Positions 46,001 through 58,735 of a stretch of 64,000 nt of DNA are shown one piece after another. A program made the position numbers and the translations under genes. Position 1 is the stretch's first letter. Every line of letters starts with the position of its first letter. This DNA comes from Paragordius varius (Eukaryota; Animalia; Nematomorpha), in NCBI GenBank assembly GCA_964247055.1, contig OZ176056.1:4402001-4466000 (forward strand), given 5' to 3'. Below the pieces are notes generated by a model, which worked only from the letters and a program-made list of their open reading frames with translations, did no database searches and was not told where the DNA came from.

Positions 46001-49000
46001 TAGAAATTTTTTTTATTTTTATAACAAATATTCATTGTAATATAACTTTTATCTATGCTTCTCTAAAAATGACTTTTATTGATTTTCAAATATTATTTAT
46101 AGCGTTTTCATTAAATTTAATAACTTATTAATTCTTTTTTAATGATTCATTAACCGCATTTTTCACTTTTATATTAACAATTATTTTTTCAGCAATTTTA
46201 ACAATTCTTTCACAAAAATTTTTTATTATTTTTAACAGATTTTCATTAAATTTAACTTTTATATGTGCTTTTCTAAGAATGACTTTTAATATTTATAGTT
46301 TTTATCTTTAGTTTTAACTAACTCATTTATTCTTTTTTAGTAATTCAGTAGTTTCACTTTTATATTCAAAATTATTTTTTAGCAATTTTAACAATTCTCT
46401 CCTAAATTTTTTTTTATTTTTAACCCAGTTCCATTAAATTTAACTTTTATCTATTTTTCTCTAAAAAAATGACTTTTATTGATTTTCAAATATTATTTAT
46501 ATAGTTTTTTTTTCAATAAATTTAGTTTATTTCCTCTCTAATTTATTAGCCGCATTTTTCACTTTCGAAATTTTTTTATTATGTTGAACAGATTTTTCAT
46601 TAAATTTAACTTTATCTATGCTTCTCTAAAAATAACTTTAAATATTAATAGTTTTTTTCGTTAAATTTAATAACTTATTTATTATTTTTAGTAATTCAGT
46701 AGCCGCATTTTTCACTTTTATTATATTTAAAATTATTTATTTTACATTAATTTTAACAATTCTTATCAATTTTATTTTTAACAAATTTCATAGTAATTTG
46801 ACTTTTATCTATTTTTCGCTAAAAAAATGACTTTTAATGATTTTCAAGTATTATTTATATAGTTTTTTTTATTAAAGTTAACTAACTTTCATTTTTATTA
46901 TTTAACAATTATTTTTTAGCGATTTTAACAATTCACTTCTAGCAAATTTTTTATTATGTTATACAAATTTTAATTAAATATAACTTTTATCTATTTTTCT
47001 CTAAAAATTACTTTATTTTCATTAAAATTAACTGACTTACAATTTTATTATATTAACAATTTATTTTTAGCATTTTAACAATTATTCTCTAAAAATGACT
47101 TTTATTTTTAACAAAGTTACCATGAATTTAACTTTTATATATGTTTCTCTAAAAATGACTTTTATTGATTTTCAAATATTATTTACATAGTTTTTTTCGT
47201 TAAAACTAACTTTCATTTTCTTTTAAGTAATTCAGTAACCGCATTTTTCACCTTCGAAATTTTTTATTTTTAACAACAAAGTTTCCTTAAATTTAACTTT
47301 TATCTATTTTTCTCTTTTAAATATTATTTATAGTTTTTTTCATTAAAATTAGCTAACTTACAATTTTATTATATAAACAATTATTTTTTTAGCAATTTTA
47401 ACAATTCATTCTACCTAGAATTTTTTTTTTATTTTTACAAATTTTCATTAAATATAACTTTTATTGATTTTTCTCTAAAAAATAACTTTTAAATAATTAC
47501 AATTTTTTTTTATTAAATTTAACTAACTTATTTATTCTTTTTTAATGGTTCATTAACCGCATTTTTCACAATTCTTTCCTAGAAAAATATTTTATTTTTG
47601 ACCCAGTTTCATTAAATTTAACTTTTATCTATGCTTCTCTAAAAATGACTTTAATTATTATTTATATAGTTTTTATCTTTAGTTTTAACTAACTTTTATT
47701 TCCTCTCTAATTTATTAGCCGCATTTTTCACTTTCGAATTTTTTTATTATGTTTAACAAATTGTTATTAAATATAACTTTTATTGATTTTCAAATATTAT
47801 TTATAGTTTTTATCTTTATGTTTATCAAATTTTGCATAGTAATTCAGTAGCCGCTAAAATTATGGCAAAGTACGGATTCAAACACGGTCAAGGCCTGGGT
47901 AAAAGTGAACAGGGTATGAGTCAAGCCCTTCAAGTCGAAAAAACATCAAAGAGAGGCGGTAAAATTTTGCATGAAAAGGATTTGTCATCTTTTCTTATTA
48001 GCGGTACAACAAATCAAAATAATACCCCTCATCACTATGCCTATGTTAATAATGTGGGTACCCTAGCTAAAAGTATGGTGGTGATTTATAACTCATTTTT
48101 GATTCCATTTTGACTTTTTTTTGGCTTTTTTTAGCTTATAATACTACACTTTGCATTTTAATGGTTACTTATTTGACCCTATATAGATGGGCAATTTGCA
48201 ACACACAGGACAGTAATGTATGGAAAAAACAACAAAATGTTGAATTAACAATTTTTTTCCTTTCTTACTTTTTACTTTGGTTATTTTATTCCATACACTA
48301 TTGTGTTGCAAATTACCGATCCATAGGGTGAAATAATCAACCATTAAAATGCATACTGTATGTATTTTGATTTGAATTTTGTTATAATTGTTTTCTCTGG
48401 GTAAATACAGTAAAAATTTAAAACGTAAAAACATAAAGAAAAGTTTTTTTTATCAAAAGACAAGCATACTTTTTAATCCTTATTTTTTCTTATTTAAAAA
48501 TAATTTGATTAAATAGTAAAATAAAAATAGATTATTTAATTAACATCTCTAATTTATATTATTTTTCTTTTTAAAACCCATGATTTATATTTTATAAAAT
48601 CAAGTTTTAAAAATTAGATCTATTTTTTAGAAAAATATTTGTTTTTATATTTTTACATTTTGTCCGTATAAATCCATTTATTAGTGTATTTTATTTATAT
48701 TATGTGAATTTCTGGAAATTTTATCCAAATCTGCATCATATCTATAAAGTTGTTAAGTATTATAAAATATTTTTATTAATATTAGCGGGATAATCATTTA
48801 ACTTTTCAGTTTTTATATTTTACCCCTTAATAATATTTTTATATGATGAAATATAATTTTCCCGTTTTGTATTAAGTATTTTAAATTTGCTTTATAATAG
48901 CAAAATGTTTCAGTTATTATATAAAATTACCGTTTATTCTTTTGAATAAAAAAACTGTAAAAATCTTATTTCCGCAACAACCAAAATTTTATATATAAAA

Positions 49001-51871
49001 AATTATTTTTTGTAGAATTTATTCTTTATATCTTCTATTTTTGATATTTATTATTAGGTCAATTGGGTAGCTTAGGGAGTTTATATGGTGAAGACGATAC
49101 TGAAACGAATGAATTGAATGCGCAAAATAACAATACGGAAAATATCAATATTACCCCTGATGATAACAATTTTTCTGACCAAAACTCCATGGATACTAAC
49201 ACACCAAATCCAAATGAAACATCTACTCCTAATAACTTAACACAACCAAGTATAATTAAAAATTTACCTTTTTTCAAATATATATATATAGTATGCATTT
49301 TAATAGTTGCTTATTTTACAATCTATAGTTGAGCAATTTGCAACACAGTAGTTTATAAAAAAAAACGACAAAATATTGAATAAACAAATTTTTTCCTTGT
49401 TACAAATTACTATTGTGTGATAGCAACCTTTAAAATGCATACTATATATATATATATATATATATATTGTGATGATTGGTTTTTGAAGAAAAATGGTAAA
49501 AAAATTATGTAATAAAAGTAAGATGAAATAAAAGCCAAGTTTTTTTGGATTAAAAAAAATAATGGCTAAAACGGTTTACAGTTTATACCATTTGATCATA
49601 ATCTATTTTGTTTTATATTATCATAATGTGTTTTTTAGATTTAACATTATACATATATAAAGCCTTATTGCAAAATAATTTTATTAAAGTCTATTTAAGA
49701 TAGCTGTGTATGGACAAATTTTTCTTTATTATTGTAAATTTATGGCATAGATAATACAAATAATTAGTTTTATAACCTTTAAAAAGCTAAATAATGATAT
49801 ACTCTTAAAAATCTTTAAAAACGTTAATCATCTTTGTTAAAATGATTCAAAGATTTTCTTTGTTTTAACTTTTTTCTTTTGTAGAACCATTACAAAACAA
49901 CCTGCCTCCATCATCAAACATACCACCTCCTTTAGCTTTTATGACCCCTAGTAAAGTAAAGTTCAATTTTTAAATATTTTTTATAAATGATTATTTGGAT
50001 ATAATATGGATGTGACGAGCCCATCTTAATCTTTTGGCTCATAGAAAGGTATTAAGAACACTGATTTTGAGGATTTTATAGGAATCGAATCGAATCTTAA
50101 AAAACATAAGAGTTTGAGAGATAAACAAAAATAATTTTTTGAGAAGTATTTAAAATTTAAATTAAAGTGTTTGGAATTGCCCCAAAATTATTTGACTTTG
50201 TCATAGGGCCAGCATTTAGCGCCATATGTCAAAGTAGGACGGATAATTAATTTATTATTTTAAATTTTATAATTTATTATTGACTCTTTATACCTCTAAA
50301 AATAAAGGTTTAAAATGTTTGCTTATAAGAAAATTCCATTTAAACTTTTCCAGGTTATTTTACTGTTTAATATGGTCATGGACTTGTAAAGAAGGAATAT
50401 ATTAATATGATAGTAAAAAATATATAAATAAATTACAATTTGACAGACAAAACGTAATAACTAGAAAACAAATTTGTTGTTCGTTTAGGGCAAATAAATA
50501 GAGATAGAGATGTACATTATTGACACATTCAATTGTGTATACTTTAAATTAGTGGAACTCATTAAAAATTTTAAAGGGTCAAAAAAATATTTTACTTGGC
50601 TTAAGGGTCAGAATACCGATAAAATTTTCATAGCTGTTTTACACATTTTCAAATGATTATACGCCAAATAAATACATCAAGAAATTTATAAATAATTTAG
50701 GGCCATAATAATGCAGTAGATATGCGGCCTGTGGGCCGCGGTTCGAGTATCACTGCTTTAAATTAATTTATGTAGGAATGTTTAAATATGGAAAGAGGTT
50801 GTTTTTACAAAATAAATATTCTTTCGTTATTAGTTTTTACAAAATTATTATTGTAAGCATTAATCGTTTACCAGGTTATTTTATTGCGTAATATGGTTGG
50901 GCCAGGTGAAGTAGATCCTGAACTCGAGGAAGAAACTAAAGAAGAATGTTCAAAGTATGGACCGGTTAGGGGTTGTACCGTCTTTGAAATACCGGCAAGT
51001 GAAAAGGGTAAGCACTAAAAAAATTTTTGCTTTAAATAAGGGGTGTCCATCATAAATGGCTTCATGGGCGCATTTTGAATACTCAAAAAACGGGGCCGCA
51101 TTTAAAATTATATATGCAGGGATTTATAAATATTTTATTAGATTGCAAACATAAGACCGTAAAAGCAAACAGAAACATATGCTTTCTTATTCTTGTTTCA
51201 AATTGAATAACTTATTCCGAAAATTTATTAGGGAAAAATTTGTTTTTACTAGATTTTGTGAGCATAATTTGCAAGCTTTGAATTTTTAATTATTTCGTGG
51301 GCCGCGTATAATGTCTTGAATGGCCGCGTGTTGGCCACCCCTGCTTTAAACTTAAATATTTAAACCTTAATATTTTATATAAATTTTAATTAAAATTTTT
51401 GGGGGTATAATTGTCTTTAAATTATCTATTTTTTGGGAAAATGAATATAATACAAAAGCAATGCTTATTTAATTTATTAATAACATTTTTTTTTTATCAA
51501 AGACAACACTATTTCGAATGAATAAAAATATGCATCATTTTTTTTAAACCGTTTACTTTAAAAAAAGTATTTTTACCCATGAAAAAATTATTTTATATGG
51601 AAATAAATATGATTATTTGAAAAATTAGGCATTTCCGAACTGGATCGTGTCCGTATATTTGTTGAATTCATTCGGGTAGAATCAGCAATTAAAGCTCAAA
51701 TCGATTTAAATGGGAGGTAATTTTTAATTTTAATCAATTAATTTTTATTAATAATTTTAGGAAATAATGAATTAATTTATCTTTTTTAGATTTTTTGGTG
51801 GGCGGATTGTACGTGCAGATTTTTACAATCTTGACAGATATAGAACGTTTGATTTGGGTGAAGGAATATAA
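43045..51871 (+). CDS. RBM17: Splicing factor 45 (SPF45/RBM17): G-patch plus C-terminal UHM/RRM, 11 exons
   Basis: Exons 43045-43084, 43111-43184, 43209-43256, 43321-43646, 43863-44033, 47840-~48072 (donor uncertain), 49058-49249, 49885-49955, 50875-51007, 51629-51716, 51790-51871. Motifs: MSLYEGL, KLLQSQLQLKK, DEYDPRYPNDYDK, G-patch AAKIMAKYGFKHGQGLGKSEQGMSQALQVEKTSKRGGKI, UHM VILLRNMVGPGEVDPELEEETKEECSKYG...RIFVEF.RVESAIKA.IDLNGRFFGGR. Confidence 0.95.
44595..44851. mobile_element. MITE family R2 copy in SPF45 intron 5
   Basis: tataacatttacagttcaaattcaccc...gaatttgaactgtaaatggta. Confidence 0.75.
45140..47830 (+). repeat. Degenerate AT-rich tandem array (~200-bp unit, about a dozen copies) in SPF45 intron 5
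   Basis: Recurring unit ...ttattctttttag taattcagtagccgcatttttcacttt...ttaacaattc...aatttaacttttatctatttttctctaaaa...gacttttattgattttcaa; boundaries approximate. Confidence 0.85.
51038..51343. mobile_element. hAT-Charlie-type MITE in an SPF45 intron
   Basis: TIR (A/C)AGGGGTG(T/G)CCA; 8-bp flanks ctttaaat/ctttaaac; gggccgc subterminal motifs. Related degenerate copies at ~57884-58192, ~50700-50757 and ~39396-39480. Confidence 0.8.
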
Positions 51872-52530
51872 CCATATTTTATGTTAAATTATTGTAAAAA
51901 TAAATTTGATATATATTTCCTAACTATAAACTTTATATATTAATATATTATTAGAGTTTGATTATAAATAACATTTTGTGAAAATTTAGTTGTTTTTGAT
52001 TTTGAAACAAAATAGATTTTTGTCCTTAACTATGAAAAAAAATAGTGATAAAATATTAAAATGGGCTATTTAAAGGGTTCTTGTTACCCTAAATAAATAT
52101 AATATCGGTAAAATTAGCAAATATATTCAATTCGCTTGCTTTGTACATTATTTATGAGACTATCTTGTCTATTTTCTCTGTTTTCCTATTTTTTTTCTAG
52201 AAAAAACGCCAGAGCCCAGATTTTTTTGTGTACTTTGTTTGTGTTTATATATATATATATATATAGGTGGAATTTGTATATAAATAAATGCCCTACTTAT
52301 TATTGAAATTATCACTTAGGATACTTGCAAAAACATGTATGGTAGAGTTTAAGGAAGTACAGTAAAAATTAAAATTATACGGACAAAACGTAAAAATATA
52401 CAGACAAATATTTTTTTTCTCAAAGCCAACCCTTCTTTTTATATCTTGATTATTTTCAATATAGCTCATTATTTTAATCGAAAATATATTAAATACAGAT
52501 GTAAATAACCCCAACAATTTTATTTATATA

Positions 52531-53748
52531 CTAGCGTGAATCTCGTGCTGCTACGCAGCCCGAGGAAGTCCTTCGGACTTCTGGGGGGGGGGGGAGAGGG
52601 GGGGTTCGAAGTTTGGATTTTAATGGGTCTACCGGTTTTCCTGTACCAGATCACAAAGCCAGCATTTTCCATTTTTATAAATATATAGATTACCATAAAT
52701 AATGTTTTAATATCCATATATCTTTTAACATGCTATACATATGATAGATACTCCTTACTCAGCAGCTATCATCAAAGAAACGCCTGACTAAAATTTTTGC
52801 CTTTTAACAGGCATTACGAAAAATCCTTCTCGAATTTTTACAGTCTCATACCTTGGGCAAAAAAATACAATCAAAAAAATATTTTTGTGGACTTTGTTTT
52901 TTTTTGAAAAAAATGGCATTTTACGGGGGGAGCGGGTAAAAAGAGGGCCTAAATCAAAAAAGTGACTCGACTATGTTCGGCGCAATCGAAAATAAGTAAA
53001 CAAAAATCATATTTGAAATTGAATGGTCCAACACGTTCTCCAAAAAATTGACTTAACCCATTTTTCACAAGAGGTGGGCCCAAACTGGGGACCTAATTCC
53101 AAAAAAGGGCGAAGCTATTGTCGGGACATTTATTAATGATTGTATTTTTTCGATATTTGGATTTGATTGGGTCTACCGGTTTTCCGGAAACAGATCACAA
53201 AGTTATATGAAAAATAAGTTTTTAGCGGGCAGCTCCTTACCCAGCAGCTATCATCAAATAAACGGTAGACTAAAATTTTTGCCTTTTAACAGGGAATACG
53301 TGGAATCTTTATTGAATTTTTACGGTCTCATACCTAGGGCGAAAAATCGATTTAAAAAATTATTTTTGTGGACTTTGTTTTTTGAAAAAGGTGGCATTTC
53401 ACGGGGGGAGCGGGTAAAAAGAGGGCCTAAATCAAAAAAGTGGCTCGACTATGTTCGGCGCAATCGAAAATAAGTAAACAAAAATCATATTTAAAATTGA
53501 ATGGCCCAACACGTTCTCCGGAAAATTGTCTCAAAGACACGATTTTTGTGGACTTCTGTTTTCAAAAAAAACCCGTTTTTCATACGGGGTGGGCCCGAAC
53601 TGGGGGCCTATTTCAAAAAAAGGGCGAAGCTATTGTCGGGGCATTCATTAATGATTATATTTTTTCGATATTTGGATTTGATTGGGTCTACCGGTTTTCC
53701 TGTACCAGATCACAAAGCCAGCATTTTCCATTTTTATAAATATATAGA
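52531..53748 (-). mobile_element. Non-autonomous Helitron with an internal ~520-bp tandem duplication
   Basis: On the minus strand: 5' A|TCTATATA at 53748 (repeated at 52689); 3' hairpin CTCGGGCTGC-GTA-GCAGCACGAG followed by ATTCACG and CTAG|T at 52531. Internal units start at ~52614, 53158 and 53673. Confidence 0.8.
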
Positions 53749-53940
53749 TTACAGTGGTAGAATATTTTATATAAGTATATTAAGGTTTAAAAAAATATGT
53801 TGTCTTTTGAAAAAAAATATTTGTCTTTATGTTACATTTTGTCCGTATAATTTCAATTTTTACTGTATAATATACGAAACATTCACACCGTTGATACACA
53901 AGAAAGCATATAAAATACTCATTAAATGTAATTAAATAGA

Positions 53941-54448
53941 CCATTTGCACTTCAAGTTGGTCTTTAATATTTTTTAATTTTGATTTATAATTTTTGCATG
54001 TATTTTTTATTTTATTATTTTAAACTAATTTTCTTATTTATTATATATTTTTAATTTAAATATATAAATTTTTATTTAAAAACCATTTTTATTTTAAACT
54101 AATTTTTTCCAATTTAACAAAATTATTAACTTTTGTATGTTTTTAATTAAAATTTGTATTAAGAAAAGATATACGGTTTTTCAATGATTAAAAATTGATA
54201 TTATAATTATGTTATATAATTGAAAATAGGTCAAAACGATAATAGATGAATCATTTACTATTTCATGGATAAAAGTTCAAAACAAAAAAGTCAAACATGA
54301 AGTATTCAAAGACCAACAGTGTTCAAGGACCAACTGAATTGTTAAAGGACCAACTTGAAATGTTCACGGACCAACTTGTGTTCATGGATTAACTTGAAAT
54401 GTTCAAGGATCAACTAAGTGTTCAAGGACACTCTTGACGTGCAAATGG
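53941..54448. mobile_element. MITE with CCATTTGCAC.TCAAG termini and a subterminal gttcaaggaccaactt mini-array
   Basis: Inverted termini at 53941-53956 and 54433-54448; about six short degenerate repeats at 54318-54430. A related left end lies at ~57689. Confidence 0.7.
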
Positions 54449-57023
54449 AATTAAACCCGTAAAATTCTTGGAAATACACACATTTGATAGTTTCGGACGA
54501 ACATTACACCAGATTTTAAAAATGTATCAAGGTATGCAGACAAAACACCTTGAAATTTATTTGAGAGGTTTAACACAATTCTAAAAAAAAATAATGTTTT
54601 TTATTTATATTATTGTGTAACTAAAAGATTCAGAATAATTAATATCAAAATGATAAGAGCGGTTAAAATACATTTTTCTGCTCTTAGCTCAAAATAAAAA
54701 TTAGCCTATTTGCGCATTAGATAGTCTAATTAAAACAGAAATAATAGAAGAATGCTCGCTAAATATTTGTCAATGAACGCAAAATTATCCAAAGAGATTC
54801 ATTTTTTCAGAGAGTTTAAAAAAAGACTTATTTGTGCTACATGTTTAATTTAAGTATTTTTTCTATAACTACATTCCAAAAAATAATTTTTTAAGGTTAT
54901 CCATATTATTATACATATTGACAATAAAATTGAGTTGACGCGTTTTCTACTATAGTATTTAATTTCATTTGACCTAATATGCGATAAAAATGGGATTTTT
55001 TAATTCTGCCTAATAGCAGGAAAACAAAAATAATTTTTTTGAAGACCTTTTACCAAATACATTTCCATATTATTGCATTTTAAATAAACAATAATCTATT
55101 GTGAATGTAAATGCTAACCCATAAATAATTAAAAAATATGATTAAACATTTAATTTCATTTTATAAACTAGTTTATAATTAAAGGAAATAGACAACGAAA
55201 TTTTAATTTATTAAATTTATTTCCATCGAAAATTAAGATATCTTTGAATTCCGGCCTTAACCAAAACGCAATATATATTAAATGTTATCAGAAAAATCAT
55301 AACTATTGGGAAAATATTATCTTGACCGCGGTATATAAGGATTCTGTTTAGTTAATATAATATTTTTTATAATAAAACCATGCATATTAAATATAACGAT
55401 TTTACTTTTAAAACTGCATAAACTTAATTAAATATTCCCTTGAATTTAACTAATCTTGTCAAGATTTATTAAAAATATTTGGAATTATGGTTCAACTATA
55501 ACATTATATAATTTGATACTATCAAAGTTTCCAACTGCATTTTTTTTATTTAATTAATAATACCTATTTCATCAGTAACTAAAGGAATCAAAATGCATAG
55601 TATCGTATTATATTATGATACTTACATTCGACTGTCTCAATAACATCTATTAAATATATATTATAAATTAAAGCAAATTCAATACTTTTACAATCAAACT
55701 CAATATTTTTTCATATAAGGGCTATTCAATTTAACTTATTTACTTAAGAACACTTGTTTTGATTTAATGAAACTTTATTAAAAATAATTTTTCAGAATTT
55801 AAATGTGATAAGCATTCTACAATGATTCTCGATGGTATTAAATACAAAAAAATTAAGTTTTCCATTGAAAAACATTGATGTTAATTTATATACCCGCCAA
55901 GCATTATATTTAATATGATTTATATTTCATTATCTTTCACCATTTTGTCCTAGTTTACATATTGGGGTAGTTGTATATTCCTGAGTTCAATTTTAAATAA
56001 ACAGTTTTAAATGTTATTCAAGTTTTAGTAAAGTTTTTAATTAGATAAATAAGTTTATGAATTTAACAGTTGTGTGACTTCTGGACTCTAAAATTGGGAT
56101 TGCTTTAAAACGCGATTGAAACGAACAGCTGATACAAAATATATCAAGTTTTTTCTTGTAAATGTAGCATAAAACCTTTTTAGAGTTAATTATTTACATT
56201 TAATTGCCACAATATATATTTATTTGCCTTTGCAATAGATATATAAAAAAATATCAAAAAAGTTTGAGATGAGGATTTTATTATGTTTTTAATAAAATAA
56301 TGTGCCTAAAAGACTAAAGAAAGCATATTTTCAAATTCGGCTTAATTTATAGTTTGAAAGATATTCATTTCGAATCTGGGATACAAAACTATCCCAAAAT
56401 GAAGTTAAAAAACTCAAATCAAATTGATTGAAAATGTGTAGGGTTATAAAAAAATTCTTATATGGTATTATGTCGACCATATTCAAGGGGTATTTAAATA
56501 ACATCTAAATTAATTTCAAAACAAAAAAATTATAAAAAAAATCATATATTTTGGGCATTTCGCAGTGCAAAAAATCGGAGGATAAAAATATTTTGATAAT
56601 ATATATTTTGCAAGAAATGCAACAGGATACTCAATGAGCTTTCACTTTTTGTGACTTACGATTATTGGGGAAAGTTATTTCTAATTTTATAAATTTGCCC
56701 ATATCGGAATCTGCGCATATTATGTTAAAAAATTTAGAGAATGCTAAATGCTTGCTTCAAACATCAATAAAATATACTATATATTTTTAATGATATTTTT
56801 AAAAGCATGCATTAACTATCACCAAAAAAATTACATATTTTCCGATTTTTTAGGTAACCAAAAAATCTTTTTCCCAAAACTCTAAACCCAATTTTAATAG
56901 CACCATGATAATACTAATTTAATCTATCAAACAGTATAAATTTCACTTTATTTTTTGTGTACTATGTTTTATATACGAATTACACCAAAAATTCATCCTT
57001 AAACAATTTAACACTCGTGAAAA

Positions 57024-57128
57024 GGCAAGAGGGGAAAAGGGCGACCTAAAACGCGATGGATAGATACAGTTAAGAGGGATATAGCAAAACTGAACCTAAA
57101 ACGCGAGAACGCCACAGACAGGGTAAAA
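57024..57128 (+). mobile_element. 3' fragment of an RTE-clade LINE
   Basis: Translates GKRGKGRPKTRWIDTVKRDIAKLNLKRENATDRVK, resembling the C-terminal RGRP..RW.D motif of RTE-clade reverse transcriptases. Confidence 0.75.
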
Positions 57129-58735
57129 ATATAGGTAATTTTGAGGTTCGCCTCAAAATTAATTTTAGGGTAAATTTGAAATTTTCAAGGGTGCATTTGA
57201 TTGTTTAGGGGCGAATTTGTGGTGTATATGAGAATTTACGTAATGTGACTAATATATGTGTAAAAGTTTTTAGCTGGTTATTTTTATAAGCGATACAGCC
57301 ATATTATTCAATTATAATTGGTACCAACTTATAATATAGATGCTTATAATTTTTCATCCAATTAATATCTATAAAAAACAACAATTCATGTACCTGATAG
57401 ATGTTGAATGGTTTCTAACATGAAAAGTTTTTGAATTATAAGATCAATATAATGCTTTATAATTTTAATAGTTGCTTATATTTTTTATATCATATAAGTA
57501 TGGCTTTTTTTATGGAGTTTGGGTGAAAAAGATATATTTAACAATCATCAAATTCAAAACTCTTTAAACAAAATCGGCCTTCCAACACAACTAACTTTAA
57601 TTTTGATTATAATTCCGTAAATTATTTGAAGTTTTTGTAATTTTCGATATTTTTAATGCAGAGATTCGGTACTTATAGCACAAATATCCCATTTGCACTT
57701 CAAGCGTGTCACCACTTCAAGTTGGTTAATTTTTTAAGTTTGCGTGTAACCTAATTTATTTCTTTCATTTTTAACCTAATATCTTTAATTATTACTATTA
57801 TTATTTTATTATAAAATTTACATTTTTCATTTTAAAAAAACTTTTTGGGATTAAAATTAAAAATATGATATTTATTAATAAAACAGGGGGGGTGTCCAAC
57901 GCAAATATCTTCGCAGGCGGCATTTTACCCAAAAAATGCAACGGGCCGCATTCAAAAAATATACGGGGATCAATGATTACATATTTAACCTAATCATGTA
58001 AAAATTTACAAACACAATATAAGAACTATTTTTTTAATAATTATCGATCAAAAAATTTGTTTAAGGAACATTAATTTAATTTTTGTAAAAATAATTTTTT
58101 TATTTTTTTGGTATTTTTTTAAAGTTTCAAGGGCTGCAAAAATATTTCTGAGGGTAGCATGCGGGCCCCGGGCTACGAGTTGGATATTACTGCTTCAAAA
58201 AAATCATAAGATAGTGTATTTGATATTGGTTTGCTTGATAAAAATGTTTAAGGACCAAATTTATTGAAGTGTAAAAGGAGAACATTATTAAAGTGCGAAT
58301 GATATATATCGGCACTTTTCTCAAAGTTATTGGTAGCTGAAAAAGTTTATATCATTAACGGACCACTATTAGGGCCCGCCACTGAGGGTTTCCTTTGAGT
58401 TAGGTTTATTGAAAAAAAGCATAAATAAAATATAATACATTAAATTCTGATAAAATTTAAATTTGTACTATCTCTATCCAAAATTTTCGATACACGGTGC
58501 AATGGATGAATTAAAACAAATAATATGGATAAAATAATTAAAAATATCCTATTTTAGGATTTTTTATGTTTTGTTTAATTATTATTATTATTAATATTCT
58601 TTTGTTTTATAGTTCAACTATTAAAAAAATTCTATCATGTTGAAAATTTGGATATAGCCAAATTTAATAAATTTTCGATTTTTTATTTGCACAAAACATT
58701 CTTATTGACAATTAAACAATAATTAAGTTCTATAC

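Noticed and set aside
49059-49298. Minus-strand 79-aa ORF
   Set aside because: Shadow of the Asn/Thr-rich SPF45 exon 49058-49249.
52520-53935. ORFs 52520-52717, 53207-53473, 53440-53739, 53501-53935
   Set aside because: Fall in or run off the non-coding Helitron repeat; no recognisable Rep/helicase motifs.
54318-54430. CRISPR-like short repeat array
   Set aside because: Eukaryotic context, no unique spacers, degenerate units and no cas genes; it is the subterminal array of a TIR element.
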